Source of the DNA: an uncultured Acidobacteriota bacterium
Lineage (GTDB): Bacteria > Acidobacteriota > Terriglobia > Acidiferrales > UBA7541
Reading direction: 5' to 3'
DNA length: 64,000 nucleotides
NCBI GenBank assembly: GCA_963824925.1
Contig: CAWGRE010000005.1
Span: 311,619-375,618, forward strand
Notes under the pieces: model-generated
Told to the model about the DNA's origin: nothing
The model's input: the letters and a program-made list of their open reading frames with translations, nothing else
Databases searched by the model: none
Part shown: positions 39,772-48,790 of the stretch, piece by piece
How the letters are laid out: every line of letters begins with the position of its first letter
Position numbering within the stretch: the first letter of the stretch is position 1
Translations under genes and position numbers: made by a program

Positions 39772-40517
39772 AAAGCGGCGCCAGCGAAAAACCTCTCAGC
39801 GAAAAAGAGTTCATCGCCGGCTTCCATGCCATCGGCGAAGAGCGCTATCACCACAAGCATCCATTCCATGTGCTGATGCATGAAGGCAAGCTGACGCGCG
39901 GCCAACTGCAGGCCTGGGCGCTGAATCGCTACTACTACCAGTCGCACATTCCCATCAAAGACGCGGCGATTCTGGCGCGCAGCAAAGATCCGGCATTCCG
40001 CATCGCCTGGCGCAAACGCATCTTGGATCACGATGGCGATGGCAAACACCCCGGCGGCATTGAGAAATGGCTGAAGCTGGTGGAGGCCACCGGCTTGCCG
40101 CGCGAACAGGCGATTCATGGCGACGGCATTCTGCCCGCGACTCGTTATGCGGTGCAGGCTTACGTTTTGCTGGTCTCGCGCACTTCGCATCTTGAGGCTG
40201 TTGCCTCCTCGCTGACAGAACTTTTCAGCCGCAACCTTATCGCCCTGCGCATGGACCGCATGCGGGAGCACTATCCGTGGCTTGTGCCGGGCCTGGAATA
40301 TTTCAAAGGCCGGCTGACGCAGGCTCCCGAGGACGCGGAATTCGCGCTTTCCTATTGCGTAAAACATGCGCAAACACGCGAGCAGCAGGAACTGGCCCAC
40401 GCCGCGTTACGCGCCAAGTGCGATATTCTGTGGGCGCAACTCGATGCGCTTTATTTTTCATACGTGAATCCCGGCTGGCCGCCCCCCGGCGCGTTCCAGC
40501 CCGCGAAGGAATCCTGA
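39768..40517 (+). CDS. pqqC: PQQ synthase
   Basis: RYHHKHPFH, WALNRYYYQ..IPIKDA, WRKRILDHDG, SSLTELF and KCDILWAQLDAL. Confidence 0.96.
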   Translation: MKSGASEKPLSEKEFIAGFHAIGEERYHHKHPFHVLMHEGKLTRGQLQAWALNRYYYQSHIPIKDAAILARSKDPAFRIAWRKRILDHDGDGKHPGGIEKWLKLVEATGLPREQAIHGDGILPATRYAVQAYVLLVSRTSHLEAVASSLTELFSRNLIALRMDRMREHYPWLVPGLEYFKGRLTQAPEDAEFALSYCVKHAQTREQQELAHAALRAKCDILWAQLDALYFSYVNPGWPPPGAFQPAKES

Positions 40518-40792
40518 TGAAGCCTGAACTGACAGCAACGCCGCGTTTGGCGCCCGGCGTACGCCTGAATGAAAAGACGGAGCAACCGCGGATGCTGTTG
40601 ATGCCGGAGCGCGCATTGCGGCTGATTGGTCCCAGCCTGGAAATCGTGCAACTCTGCGACGGCAAGCACACTGTCCAGCAGATCGCGGAGAAGCTTCACG
40701 CGCTGTACTCCAAGGCTGAGCCGCAGCGCATCACGGATGACCTTCTCGGCTACCTGGCGCTGCTCCACGACGAACGCGCCCTCGATTTTTAG
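40517..40792 (+). CDS. pqqD: PQQ peptide chaperone (RRE)
   Basis: PRLAPGVRL, LLMPERALRL and IVQLCDGKHTV; ATG overlaps the pqqC stop. Confidence 0.9.
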   Translation: MKPELTATPRLAPGVRLNEKTEQPRMLLMPERALRLIGPSLEIVQLCDGKHTVQQIAEKLHALYSKAEPQRITDDLLGYLALLHDERALDF

Positions 40793-40793
40793 C

Positions 40794-40887
40794 TGTACCT
40801 CACCCCTTCAGGGGTGAGGCCTTCCAGAACCCGCGCAATGTCGTAAAGTGGTAGTGAAAACCCTCAGGCCTGAAGGCCTGAGCTACA
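40794..40887. repeat. Inverted pair of REP-like palindromes (REPIN-like) between pqqD and pqqE
   Basis: TGTACCTCACCCCTTCAGGGGTGAGGC (40794-40820, plus strand) and TGTAGCTCAGGCCTTCAGGCCTGAGGG (40861-40887, minus strand); both have a TTCA loop. Confidence 0.65.
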
Positions 40888-40895
40888 AACATTTC

Positions 40896-42002
40896 ATGAC
40901 AAACACCGCACCCACGCCGCTTGTTCTTGTCGCCGAACTCACGCACCGGTGTCCGTTGCATTGTGTTTATTGCTCGAATCCGATGGAGCTTACGAAGCGC
41001 GAAAGGGAACTTCCCACGGCTACGTGGATGCGCATTTTCACCGAAGCCAAGAAGCTTGGCATTCTGCAGGTGGACTTCACCGGCGGCGAACCGCTGGCGC
41101 GCCCGGACATCGTGGATCTGGTCCGCGCCGCGCGGCAAAGCGGTCTTTACGCGAGCCTGATCAGCAGCGGGCTGCCGCTCGATGAAGCAAAACTTGCCGC
41201 GCTGGTGGAAGCGGGCCTCGATCATTTCCAGTTGAGTTTTCAGGGAGCCACGGAACAAACGGCGCGGGAAATTTCCAACACCACGTCGCACCCGCAAAAG
41301 CTACGCGTGTTGCAGTGGCTGAAAAAGCATCGCATCGGGCTGACATTGAATTTCGTAATCCATCGCCAGAACATCCAGGAACTCGAGGAGATGCTGGCGA
41401 TAGTCGAGGAACACCAACCCGGCAGCGTGGAATTTGCCAGCGTGCAATATTACGGTTGGGGGCTGGCGAATCGGGATGCGCTGATGCCCACGCGCCAGCA
41501 ACTCGATTTCTGCGTGGAAACCCTGAAGCAGGCTGAAGAAAGATTAAAAGGCAAAACACGCGTGGTGTTCGTGGTGCCCGATTATTATGCAAAATATCCG
41601 AAGCCATGCGTCGGCGGGTGGGGACGCAAACTGATGCTGGTTGCTCCGGATGGCCGCGTGCTGCCCTGCCACGCCGCGAACGTGATTCCCGGGATGCAGT
41701 TCGACAATGTGAACGAAAAATCCCTGCGCGAGATATGGGAAAATTCCGCGGCGTTTCGCAAATTTCGCGGCGAAGCGTGGATGCAGGAACCTTGCAAATC
41801 CTGCGATCGCCGGCACCTGGATTTCGGCGGATGCCGCTGCCAGGCGTTTCTCCTCGCAGGCGATGCGGCGGCAACCGATCCGGTCTGTTCACTGGCGCCA
41901 ACGCGCGCGAAGGTGGACGCGGTTCTTGCTGCCGTCAATCAGACCAAGCCGGACGTTGCCGAGGACAAATTGGCTTATGTTTATCGGCCGAATCCGGCGT
42001 AA
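40896..42002 (+). CDS. pqqE: PqqA peptide cyclase, radical SAM/SPASM
   Basis: AELTHRCPLHCVYCSNP (CxxxCxxC), PKPCVGGWG, LPCH and CKSC..DFGGCRCQA..DPVC. Confidence 0.96.
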   Translation: MTNTAPTPLVLVAELTHRCPLHCVYCSNPMELTKRERELPTATWMRIFTEAKKLGILQVDFTGGEPLARPDIVDLVRAARQSGLYASLISSGLPLDEAKLAALVEAGLDHFQLSFQGATEQTAREISNTTSHPQKLRVLQWLKKHRIGLTLNFVIHRQNIQELEEMLAIVEEHQPGSVEFASVQYYGWGLANRDALMPTRQQLDFCVETLKQAEERLKGKTRVVFVVPDYYAKYPKPCVGGWGRKLMLVAPDGRVLPCHAANVIPGMQFDNVNEKSLREIWENSAAFRKFRGEAWMQEPCKSCDRRHLDFGGCRCQAFLLAGDAAATDPVCSLAPTRAKVDAVLAAVNQTKPDVAEDKLAYVYRPNPA

Positions 42003-42016
42003 AGCATTCTCAAGTG

Positions 42017-43330
42017 CTACCCGCTTACGGATGCCCCTACCGGTGCCCGCGCCGCGCGAGTGACGACCCACCAGATGAAAACCAGGCAGCCCGCAAGAAC
42101 CACCAAGCCGAACAGCAGCACGGTATCTGGCGTCCCGATGCGTTTTGCCACACCGCCGGCGAGCAGGGCGCCCAACGGCTGCACACCCATGAACATGGTG
42201 GCGTAGACGGCCATCAGGCGGCTGCGCAGTTCGTCGGGGACGCGCTCCTGAATAATCGTATTCGTAGCGGCCATCTGCGAGGTGGCGGCGAATCCCACGG
42301 CAAAGAGCAAAAGCGCGCACAACCAGAAAGCGGCTGCGTGCGACATCAAAATCAGGCAAACGGCGCACACGGTACAGGTGGAGGCAATCCAGCGCGACAG
42401 TCCCCGATAGTGCGTGCGAGCAGCAAATTGCAACGCCCCTAGCACCGCGCCTACTCCTGCAGCGCTCATCAGAAGGCCCAATGCTTTTGCGCCGCCATGC
42501 AGAATGTCGTGCGCATAAATCGGCAGGAACACGGAGTATTGCAACCCGAAGAAGCTGAGCAGGCATAGCATCAGCAGCGCCGAGCGAATCGGCACATCGT
42601 GGATCGCAAACTTGAATCCCTGAACGAAACTCCGCACTGGAGATTCATCCGGCGGCCGCTTGGCCGTGGGTTCGATGCGCATCATCAGCAAGGCCACCAA
42701 CACGGCGATGAAGCTGATGCCATTCAGAAAAAAGCACCAGCCTTCGCCAACCAGCACAATTGCGAAGCCGGCAATCGCCGGGCCCACAACGCGAGCACCA
42801 TTAAAGATCGAAGAGTTCAGCGCGATGGCGTTCGGCAGATCTTCCCTGCCCACCATGTGCACGAAAAAGGATTGGCGGATGGGAACGTCGAACGCATTTA
42901 CGATACCCACGAGGAAAGCGATGACGATCAAGTGCCACTCGCGGATCAGGTGAGTGAGTGTGAGTCCGGCCAGGAGAAACGCCAGGATCATCGAGCAGGT
43001 TTGCGTAACGATCACGCCGCGATGGCGATTGTAACGGTCGCCCACATAGCCGCCCATCCATGCGAGCAGGAGCATCGGCAGCTGGCTGGCAAAGCCGAAG
43101 AGACCAAGGACCGCGACCGAGCCCGTCAACCGATAGACGAGCCACTGCTGCGCCGTGGTCTGCATCCAGGTGCCGATCAGGGAGACGAGCTGTCCAATAA
43201 TGAAAAGCTGGAAGTTGCGATGCTTCAGGGCGCGAAAGCGTGGAGAAAGCTGGGGAATGGAAGTCTCCGGGAAAATTGGATGCGCGAAGGTGTACTGCGT
43301 CACGATGACGCGAGAGGGAGGAGTTGTCAA
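42017..43330 (-). CDS. MFS transporter (DHA3/EntS-like)
   Basis: GQLVSLIGTWMQ, GYVGDRYNR, NAIALNSSIFNGARVVGPAIAG and VPDELRSRLMA; about 12 hydrophobic segments. Confidence 0.9.
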   Translation of the reverse strand: MTTPPSRVIVTQYTFAHPIFPETSIPQLSPRFRALKHRNFQLFIIGQLVSLIGTWMQTTAQQWLVYRLTGSVAVLGLFGFASQLPMLLLAWMGGYVGDRYNRHRGVIVTQTCSMILAFLLAGLTLTHLIREWHLIVIAFLVGIVNAFDVPIRQSFFVHMVGREDLPNAIALNSSIFNGARVVGPAIAGFAIVLVGEGWCFFLNGISFIAVLVALLMMRIEPTAKRPPDESPVRSFVQGFKFAIHDVPIRSALLMLCLLSFFGLQYSVFLPIYAHDILHGGAKALGLLMSAAGVGAVLGALQFAARTHYRGLSRWIASTCTVCAVCLILMSHAAAFWLCALLLFAVGFAATSQMAATNTIIQERVPDELRSRLMAVYATMFMGVQPLGALLAGGVAKRIGTPDTVLLFGLVVLAGCLVFIWWVVTRAARAPVGASVSG

Positions 43331-43708
43331 CGAGGAGAGAGGAGGGGCACCGTTCCATTTTGGAACGCAAAGAGAAAAACGCGTTTTCTTGTAGGTGAGG
43401 CAAATACAGGGGCTTACGGAAACAGTGATTTACAAGTGTGGCATTCAAAGGACTTGTTAGTGGTATGCGCAAAAGACACGCAGAAAGCACGGTAATGTGC
43501 CGAATCGTCCACAACTTTCTGTAATTTTTCAAAGAGCGCGCCGCCGGGCCTGTTGACGGCCAGGCGAAAATATACCCAAAGAGTATACAGCACTTATCAG
43601 ATATCGTCAAGAAAAATCCGACCGCGGAGACTTCGGCTGAGAGCGCGGGCGTCCCCTGGATCGATATGGGCCGAAGGATAAGCGCGCTGAGTCACGGGCG
43701 CCGTGGCT

Positions 43709-45874
43709 TTAGTTTGGCGACCAATCGATGGCGTAGACTTCCTGATCGCTGGCGTCGCGGGAGAGCAGCAAGGAATCATCCGGTGCGAGGCCGATCCACT
43801 CCCCCAGTTCGCCCCAATAGCGGCGAATACCGGCCAGACTCACGAGCCGCTCCACTTTGTGGTCGGAGAGGCGCATGCGGTAATAGGCGGGATCTCCGGA
43901 GAGGACCGTGCCGAAATAGACGAACTGACCGTCGTGCGACCACGCGGGGTAACCTGCGGGCATGTGGACGGCTTCAGTCCAGCGCTGCTTGGCAACGTCG
44001 AAGAGCATCAGGCTTTCCGAATCCGTGGTGATCCCCGCAATGGTTTTGCCGTCCGGCGAAACACGTGGAGAAAAAAGATTTTCTGCGCCGGGCAGATCCG
44101 TAACTTTCCTGGTTGCCAAATCCACGATGGAGATTCCCTGCCCGGTGGGGCCCACGATACCCAGCGACAAAACGATGGATTTTCCATCCGGGGTCCAGTT
44201 GGGATCCAGGCCGGCACTGGCCGTTGGCACCAGATCTTCGTAATTTCCTCCGTTTGCGGAGATCAGGTAGACGCGCCAGTTCGAGGAAACCGTGCGGCCC
44301 ATGAATGCGAGTTGCTTCCCATCGGGCGACCAGCGCGGCAGGCCGGCCCAGATTTTACCGGGGTCGGTGAGCTGCAACCGTTCGCTGCCATCCACGCGGC
44401 TGCGCCAGAGGGCTTTATCTGGCACGGTGACATAGGTGACCCAATTTCCATCGGCGGAAAAGGCGAGGTCGGTGATGGAGGCGCCCCCGAAATATCCCTG
44501 GAACGCTGAATGGCCGTCGTAGCGGATCATTTCGGAGCGCAGGTGAGAGCCGACGACGAAGATCTTTTTACCGTCGCGGCTGGGCAAGGGAACGCCAAAA
44601 TCCAGTGGCCCATTTGTCAGTTGGACGGGTTCCGGCCGGGGGCCGAACCAGCGCGCTCGCAGAGGCAAACCCCAGACATTGATATGCCCATCGCGGTATC
44701 TCTGGAAAAGGAGATAGCGACCGTCGGGTGTCCACTGCGGTGCGGAGTCGTGCGGCGGCGCCTGCCCGATGGAAAAGACGGGATGCAGATGGCTTCCGTC
44801 CGCATTGGCTTCCCAGAGCGCGCTGGTCGCTGTCCGGATGTCGCTTAAGGCAAAGCAGAATTTCTTGCCATCCGGCGCGAAGGCCAGGCCCGAGGGGATT
44901 CCATTGACGGAAAAAAGCTGCCGGACCTGACTTCCGTCAGAGGCAGCCGCATAGAGCGAGCTTGCGTTGGCGAAAATAAGAGATTTTCCGTCTGGAGAAG
45001 GAGCTACGGATTCCACGACAATTTCGCCCACACGGCGCGGCCCGCCCGCTGGCAAAGGCAAAGTCCAGAGCGCGGACTGCTTCATCTTGTTGTGAGACTC
45101 GCCAACGAGCAAGGCGGAAGCATCCGGAGTGATGCCACCGAGCATGAGATTGGTAAAGGGAGATTGAATAAAAGAGGTTTCGCCCCCGGAGGAGGAAACT
45201 TCCGCAACGGAAAAACGCCCAGAATTGTTTTCCTCGATATATAGGCGTTCGCCATCGGTGACCAGAATGTACTTTTGCAGCCCATCGTGCGTGATCTGGC
45301 GGTAGCCCGTGACTCTGGGCGGCGAGGGCGGCCTGAGCGCATAGCCGACAAGGAGGCCGGCGGACAAGATCAGAGGCAAAAGGAAATAAAAGAGGTAGCT
45401 CTTTGTAGCTTTTGGATGACGCAGATGCAGTTCAGGGTCGGACGGAAACGAATCAATGCTCGGGTCCCCCAGTTCGCGAGCTTCCTCTCCGTTGGGATGC
45501 AACGGTTTTGGGGTGACGAGCGTGGGCTGCAATTCTGAACCGTGCACCGGCGCAAGAAAGCGATAGCCGCGGCGATAGAGTGTTTCCACGAAACGTGGGT
45601 TATCGGACTCATCGCCAAGGACTTGGCGGAGTTTCTTGACGGCACTGTTGAGTCCCAAATCGAAGTCAACAAAGGTATCGCCGGTCCAGAGACGCTTCTG
45701 GATCTCTTCCCGGGTGACGATTTCGCCGGGCCGCTCCAGAAGCAGGGCCAGAATCTGAAACGGTTGTTCCTGGATCTTGATCTTAACGCCGGACTTACGG
45801 AGTTCCTGGGAGACCAGATCGATCTCATAGAGACCGAAGCGAATCACTTTCCGGATTGAGGCGAGTTCAGCCAT
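43709..45874 (-). CDS. Transmembrane one-component regulator: OmpR/CadC-type winged helix, TM helix and PD40/TolB-like beta-propeller
   Basis: FGLYEIDL..ELRK, QPFQILALLLERPGEIVTREE, LNSAVKKLRQVLGD, ETLYRRGYRF, a single TM helix, and repeated PxWSPDG motifs. Confidence 0.88.
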   Translation of the reverse strand: MAELASIRKVIRFGLYEIDLVSQELRKSGVKIKIQEQPFQILALLLERPGEIVTREEIQKRLWTGDTFVDFDLGLNSAVKKLRQVLGDESDNPRFVETLYRRGYRFLAPVHGSELQPTLVTPKPLHPNGEEARELGDPSIDSFPSDPELHLRHPKATKSYLFYFLLPLILSAGLLVGYALRPPSPPRVTGYRQITHDGLQKYILVTDGERLYIEENNSGRFSVAEVSSSGGETSFIQSPFTNLMLGGITPDASALLVGESHNKMKQSALWTLPLPAGGPRRVGEIVVESVAPSPDGKSLIFANASSLYAAASDGSQVRQLFSVNGIPSGLAFAPDGKKFCFALSDIRTATSALWEANADGSHLHPVFSIGQAPPHDSAPQWTPDGRYLLFQRYRDGHINVWGLPLRARWFGPRPEPVQLTNGPLDFGVPLPSRDGKKIFVVGSHLRSEMIRYDGHSAFQGYFGGASITDLAFSADGNWVTYVTVPDKALWRSRVDGSERLQLTDPGKIWAGLPRWSPDGKQLAFMGRTVSSNWRVYLISANGGNYEDLVPTASAGLDPNWTPDGKSIVLSLGIVGPTGQGISIVDLATRKVTDLPGAENLFSPRVSPDGKTIAGITTDSESLMLFDVAKQRWTEAVHMPAGYPAWSHDGQFVYFGTVLSGDPAYYRMRLSDHKVERLVSLAGIRRYWGELGEWIGLAPDDSLLLSRDASDQEVYAIDWSPN

Positions 45875-46108
45875 GGTTCGCGCAATCAGCAAGGGGAGTA
45901 TACACCTGAGGGCTGTGCAAATAGGACGTTTGAGAAGTCAGATTGTTCCTCATATTCCTTATTTTTCAGCGATATAGCTGGCCAGAATTGTTTCCCTTGC
46001 AGGCCCCAGCGCGACCATTGTCCTGCCTCCATTAGACGCAGAAACTGCGAGCCAGTTACCGCGATCTGCCGAAAGGTTTGGCAGAGCTGGAGCTAAGGAG
46101 AACACGAT

Positions 46109-46528
46109 ATGAACTGGAAATTGGCAGCAGCAACGCTTTGCTTTTCTGTGGGAGTGATTTCAACACCGGCGCAGGGATTGAAGGTTAAGGTGCAGGTGCC
46201 GTTTGCCTTTGAAGCGGCGAACAAGGCAATGCCGGCGGGGGAATATGTGGTCTGGTCGGAAGGCAACGAGGTGCTTTTGCGCAACGCGGGCGGAGACATC
46301 GTCGCGATGCAGCAATCGAACCGCGTGGTCCGGTCCGGGGGGAAATCGGGACAGGTGGTCTTCCACTGCTACGAGGGGCATTGCTTTCTCTCGCAACTGT
46401 GGACGCCGGATGCAGAGCAAGGACGCGAGGTGCTGGAAACGAAAAGCGAACGGGAAATTGCGAAGCATCAGGAACCGCAGCAGTTCGCGTTGCTGGGGAA
46501 GGGTTTGCAGCAGCGATCAGGGAAGTGA
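46109..46528 (+). CDS. Secreted hypothetical protein
   Basis: AAGGAG RBS, signal peptide, VQVPFAFEA..MPAGEY and VVFHCYEGHCFLSQLW. Confidence 0.75.
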   Translation: MNWKLAAATLCFSVGVISTPAQGLKVKVQVPFAFEAANKAMPAGEYVVWSEGNEVLLRNAGGDIVAMQQSNRVVRSGGKSGQVVFHCYEGHCFLSQLWTPDAEQGREVLETKSEREIAKHQEPQQFALLGKGLQQRSGK

Positions 46529-46619
46529 AATGGTTGGAGGCGAAGGCCAACGCATGGATCTGGGATGAATTGCCGGATTCATGCGTTGGTTGATTGTTGC
46601 GGTTTTTGGGTTATTGGGG

Positions 46620-46646
46620 TGGCCGATCTGAAGTTCGGCCACTACA
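46620..46646 (-). repeat. GTAG REP copy
   Basis: Exact reverse complement of 13586-13612; lies between convergent genes. Confidence 0.85.
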
Positions 46647-46722
46647 GGGAAGAGGTAAGGCGCCCGCCTCCCGCCTTCGCAAAAGCAGCTACGGCGGGCA
46701 AGCGGAAAGTGGCCGGTACAGG

Positions 46723-47547
46723 TTAGTCGGTTGGGGAGTCGGGGGCGCCGACGTGGGTGTGGCTTAGGTCTCGCAGCATCGATTTTTCGTCGTCGCTCAT
46801 GCCGCGGGTGAAGTTGGGATCGTTCAGGCGATCGTTGCGAGCGGATTCCGGCATGTGCTGCAACACGCCGAGCTTTTGCTTGATCACCTGCTGACGGTCC
46901 CAAGTCATCTGGCGCCATTTAGGCAAGACGTCGTTTTTGATGTGCTCGCGCTGCCCCGGAGTGAGACCCTGCCAGATTTTTTCCTTCTGGCGCAGGTCGG
47001 ACTGCTGCATTGGGCTCATGCGGTCCCACTGGCTGAATTGCTGGCGGATTTTGGCCTGCTTGTCGGGAGAAAGATTCTGAAAGGCTTTGCTGCCCTGCAG
47101 CACGCGATCGCGTTGTTGCGGAGAGAGGTCGCGCATCTGGTCAACCCAGGGACGCGCAGCGCCGATGCCCAATTCGCGGCGCGGCGTTGGATTGTAACCG
47201 GCGCCAGTGCCGTTGCGCGCGCCATCGGGATGGTTCCCGCCATTATTGTAATTCTGGTTGGGATGCGGATTCTGATTCTGATTCTGATTCTGATGCGCCG
47301 AAGAATAGTTATTCGCCGGCGGATGATTCGGGTTGGCCGGGGGCTGCTGCTTCGGGTGAGTCTGTTGCGGGTGCTGCGGAGGGCGATCCGGATGCGGGTT
47401 CTGGGCGGCAACCAGGCCAGGCAGCGCGAGGATGGCCACCGCTGCCAGAAGCCGTAATCCGAATTGGAGTTTCATCCACCGCATTTTCTCGCTCGCTGCT
47501 TCCCTTTTCTCCCGGTCTTGCTTTTCACCCATTACGATTTCAAACAA
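46723..47547 (-). CDS. DUF3106-like exported protein with Q/N/P-rich low-complexity region
   Basis: Signal-like segment, a QNQNQNQN tract (CAGAAT hexamer repeats around 47265-47295), then repeated L(S/T)PxQR helices. Start uncertain. Confidence 0.7.
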   Translation of the reverse strand: MFEIVMGEKQDREKREAASEKMRWMKLQFGLRLLAAVAILALPGLVAAQNPHPDRPPQHPQQTHPKQQPPANPNHPPANNYSSAHQNQNQNQNPHPNQNYNNGGNHPDGARNGTGAGYNPTPRRELGIGAARPWVDQMRDLSPQQRDRVLQGSKAFQNLSPDKQAKIRQQFSQWDRMSPMQQSDLRQKEKIWQGLTPGQREHIKNDVLPKWRQMTWDRQQVIKQKLGVLQHMPESARNDRLNDPNFTRGMSDDEKSMLRDLSHTHVGAPDSPTD

Positions 47548-47586
47548 AAGCAGATTTCTCGCTTCGCTCGAAAGGACAGCTCAACG

Positions 47587-48075
47587 CTACATCTGCTGCG
47601 GAGGCTGCACGTCGCTGGCATCGTCGGCTTGCGCCGGCGCGGGCAACTCCTTCAGCGGCTCGAAATTCTGCAGAACGTCGTGATCCTCAAGCACCGGCAA
47701 ATCCTGCAGCATGGCCTGGTCGTCGTTGGCTATCAAGGGTTGTACGGGCGAGGAACGATAGCCCAGATACACGGCCATCACCAGCAGTAACGACGCAACC
47801 AGGGCCACGCGAGGCGGAACGCGCAGCCACTCCCACCAACTGGCTTTCGGTTCCGGCTCCGCGGCCACCATCGCATGCACGCGGGTATCGAATTCGAGCG
47901 ACGGCTCAAGCACCGGAAGTTCGTCGAGCAGGCCGGTCACCGCGCGGAACTCCTCCACGCGCAACCGGCATGGCGAACAAGTGGAGATATGCTTTTCCAT
48001 CTCCAGCCGTTCGCTTTCTTTCAGCCGTCCGTCAACGAATCCGAGGATTCGATTTTCCATGCGTTCACAACTCAT
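47587..48075 (-). CDS. Zinc-binding anti-sigma factor (zf-HC2/ZAS) with TM helix
   Basis: MSCERM...EKHISTCSPC (HxxxCxxC) followed by a TM segment; downstream of the ECF sigma gene. Confidence 0.88.
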   Translation of the reverse strand: MSCERMENRILGFVDGRLKESERLEMEKHISTCSPCRLRVEEFRAVTGLLDELPVLEPSLEFDTRVHAMVAAEPEPKASWWEWLRVPPRVALVASLLLVMAVYLGYRSSPVQPLIANDDQAMLQDLPVLEDHDVLQNFEPLKELPAPAQADDASDVQPPQQM

Positions 48076-48097
48076 AACTTCCTGCCCTTCCCTGCCC

Positions 48098-48697
48098 TCA
48101 GTGTCTTACGTGCTGTGCCACAAGCGGGGCTAGTTCCACTCGCAGCGCCTCATATGCCCGGAAGAGGAGCGACTTCAGAGCGCTCTCCGAACAACTGAGA
48201 ATCTTGGCGATCTCGGCATAGTCCAGTTCTTCATACTTGTGCAGGAGCACGGCGGCTCGCTGCTTTTCCGGCAACTTGTCGATGGCATGGCGAATCATTT
48301 TCCGCCGCGCGTCTTCGACGAGATGCTGCTCGATATTCGGGTGCTTCTCCGGAACATCCAGCGTCCTCTCGTCGCCGTCCTCGGAATCCGCGGTTAACGG
48401 CGCGTCGATCGAGACTTCCAGCTTCTGGTACCGCGTGTCCCGCACGGAGTTCAAGGCGAGGTTAGTGGCAATGCGGAACAGCCAGGTGGTGAACTTCGCG
48501 CTGGGAACGTAATCTTCCCGCGCACGGTAGACTCGCAGAAAAACCTCTTGCGCGAGGTCTTCCGCCTGCTCGCGGTTGCGCACCATGCGATACAGGAAGT
48601 TGACCAGCGGCGTGCGATAGCGCTGGAGCAGGAGCTCGAAGGAGGTCCCGTCGCCAGCTTTCACATCCAACATGAGTTGGACGTCAGTTCTGACCAT
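48098..48697 (-). CDS. ECF-family RNA polymerase sigma factor
   Basis: AEDLAQEVFLRVYR, FTTWLFRIATN and LPEKQRAAVLL..Y.EIA.IL..SESALKSLLFRA. Confidence 0.92.
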   Translation of the reverse strand: MVRTDVQLMLDVKAGDGTSFELLLQRYRTPLVNFLYRMVRNREQAEDLAQEVFLRVYRAREDYVPSAKFTTWLFRIATNLALNSVRDTRYQKLEVSIDAPLTADSEDGDERTLDVPEKHPNIEQHLVEDARRKMIRHAIDKLPEKQRAAVLLHKYEELDYAEIAKILSCSESALKSLLFRAYEALRVELAPLVAQHVRH

Positions 48698-48790
48698 GGC
48701 CGCCACACTTTACCAAACACTTGTGTTCTCAAAAAGTTGCAGTTTGCGGCGGGGTGAGGTTGCGGGAGTACCGGGACGGGGTAGGGCGGC

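Noticed and set aside
43571-43587. TATAC-N7-GTATA palindrome upstream of the MFS gene as a second CsoR site
   Set aside because: The spacing and G/C tracts do not match the 17-bp operator at 13045-13061; it is short enough to be chance.
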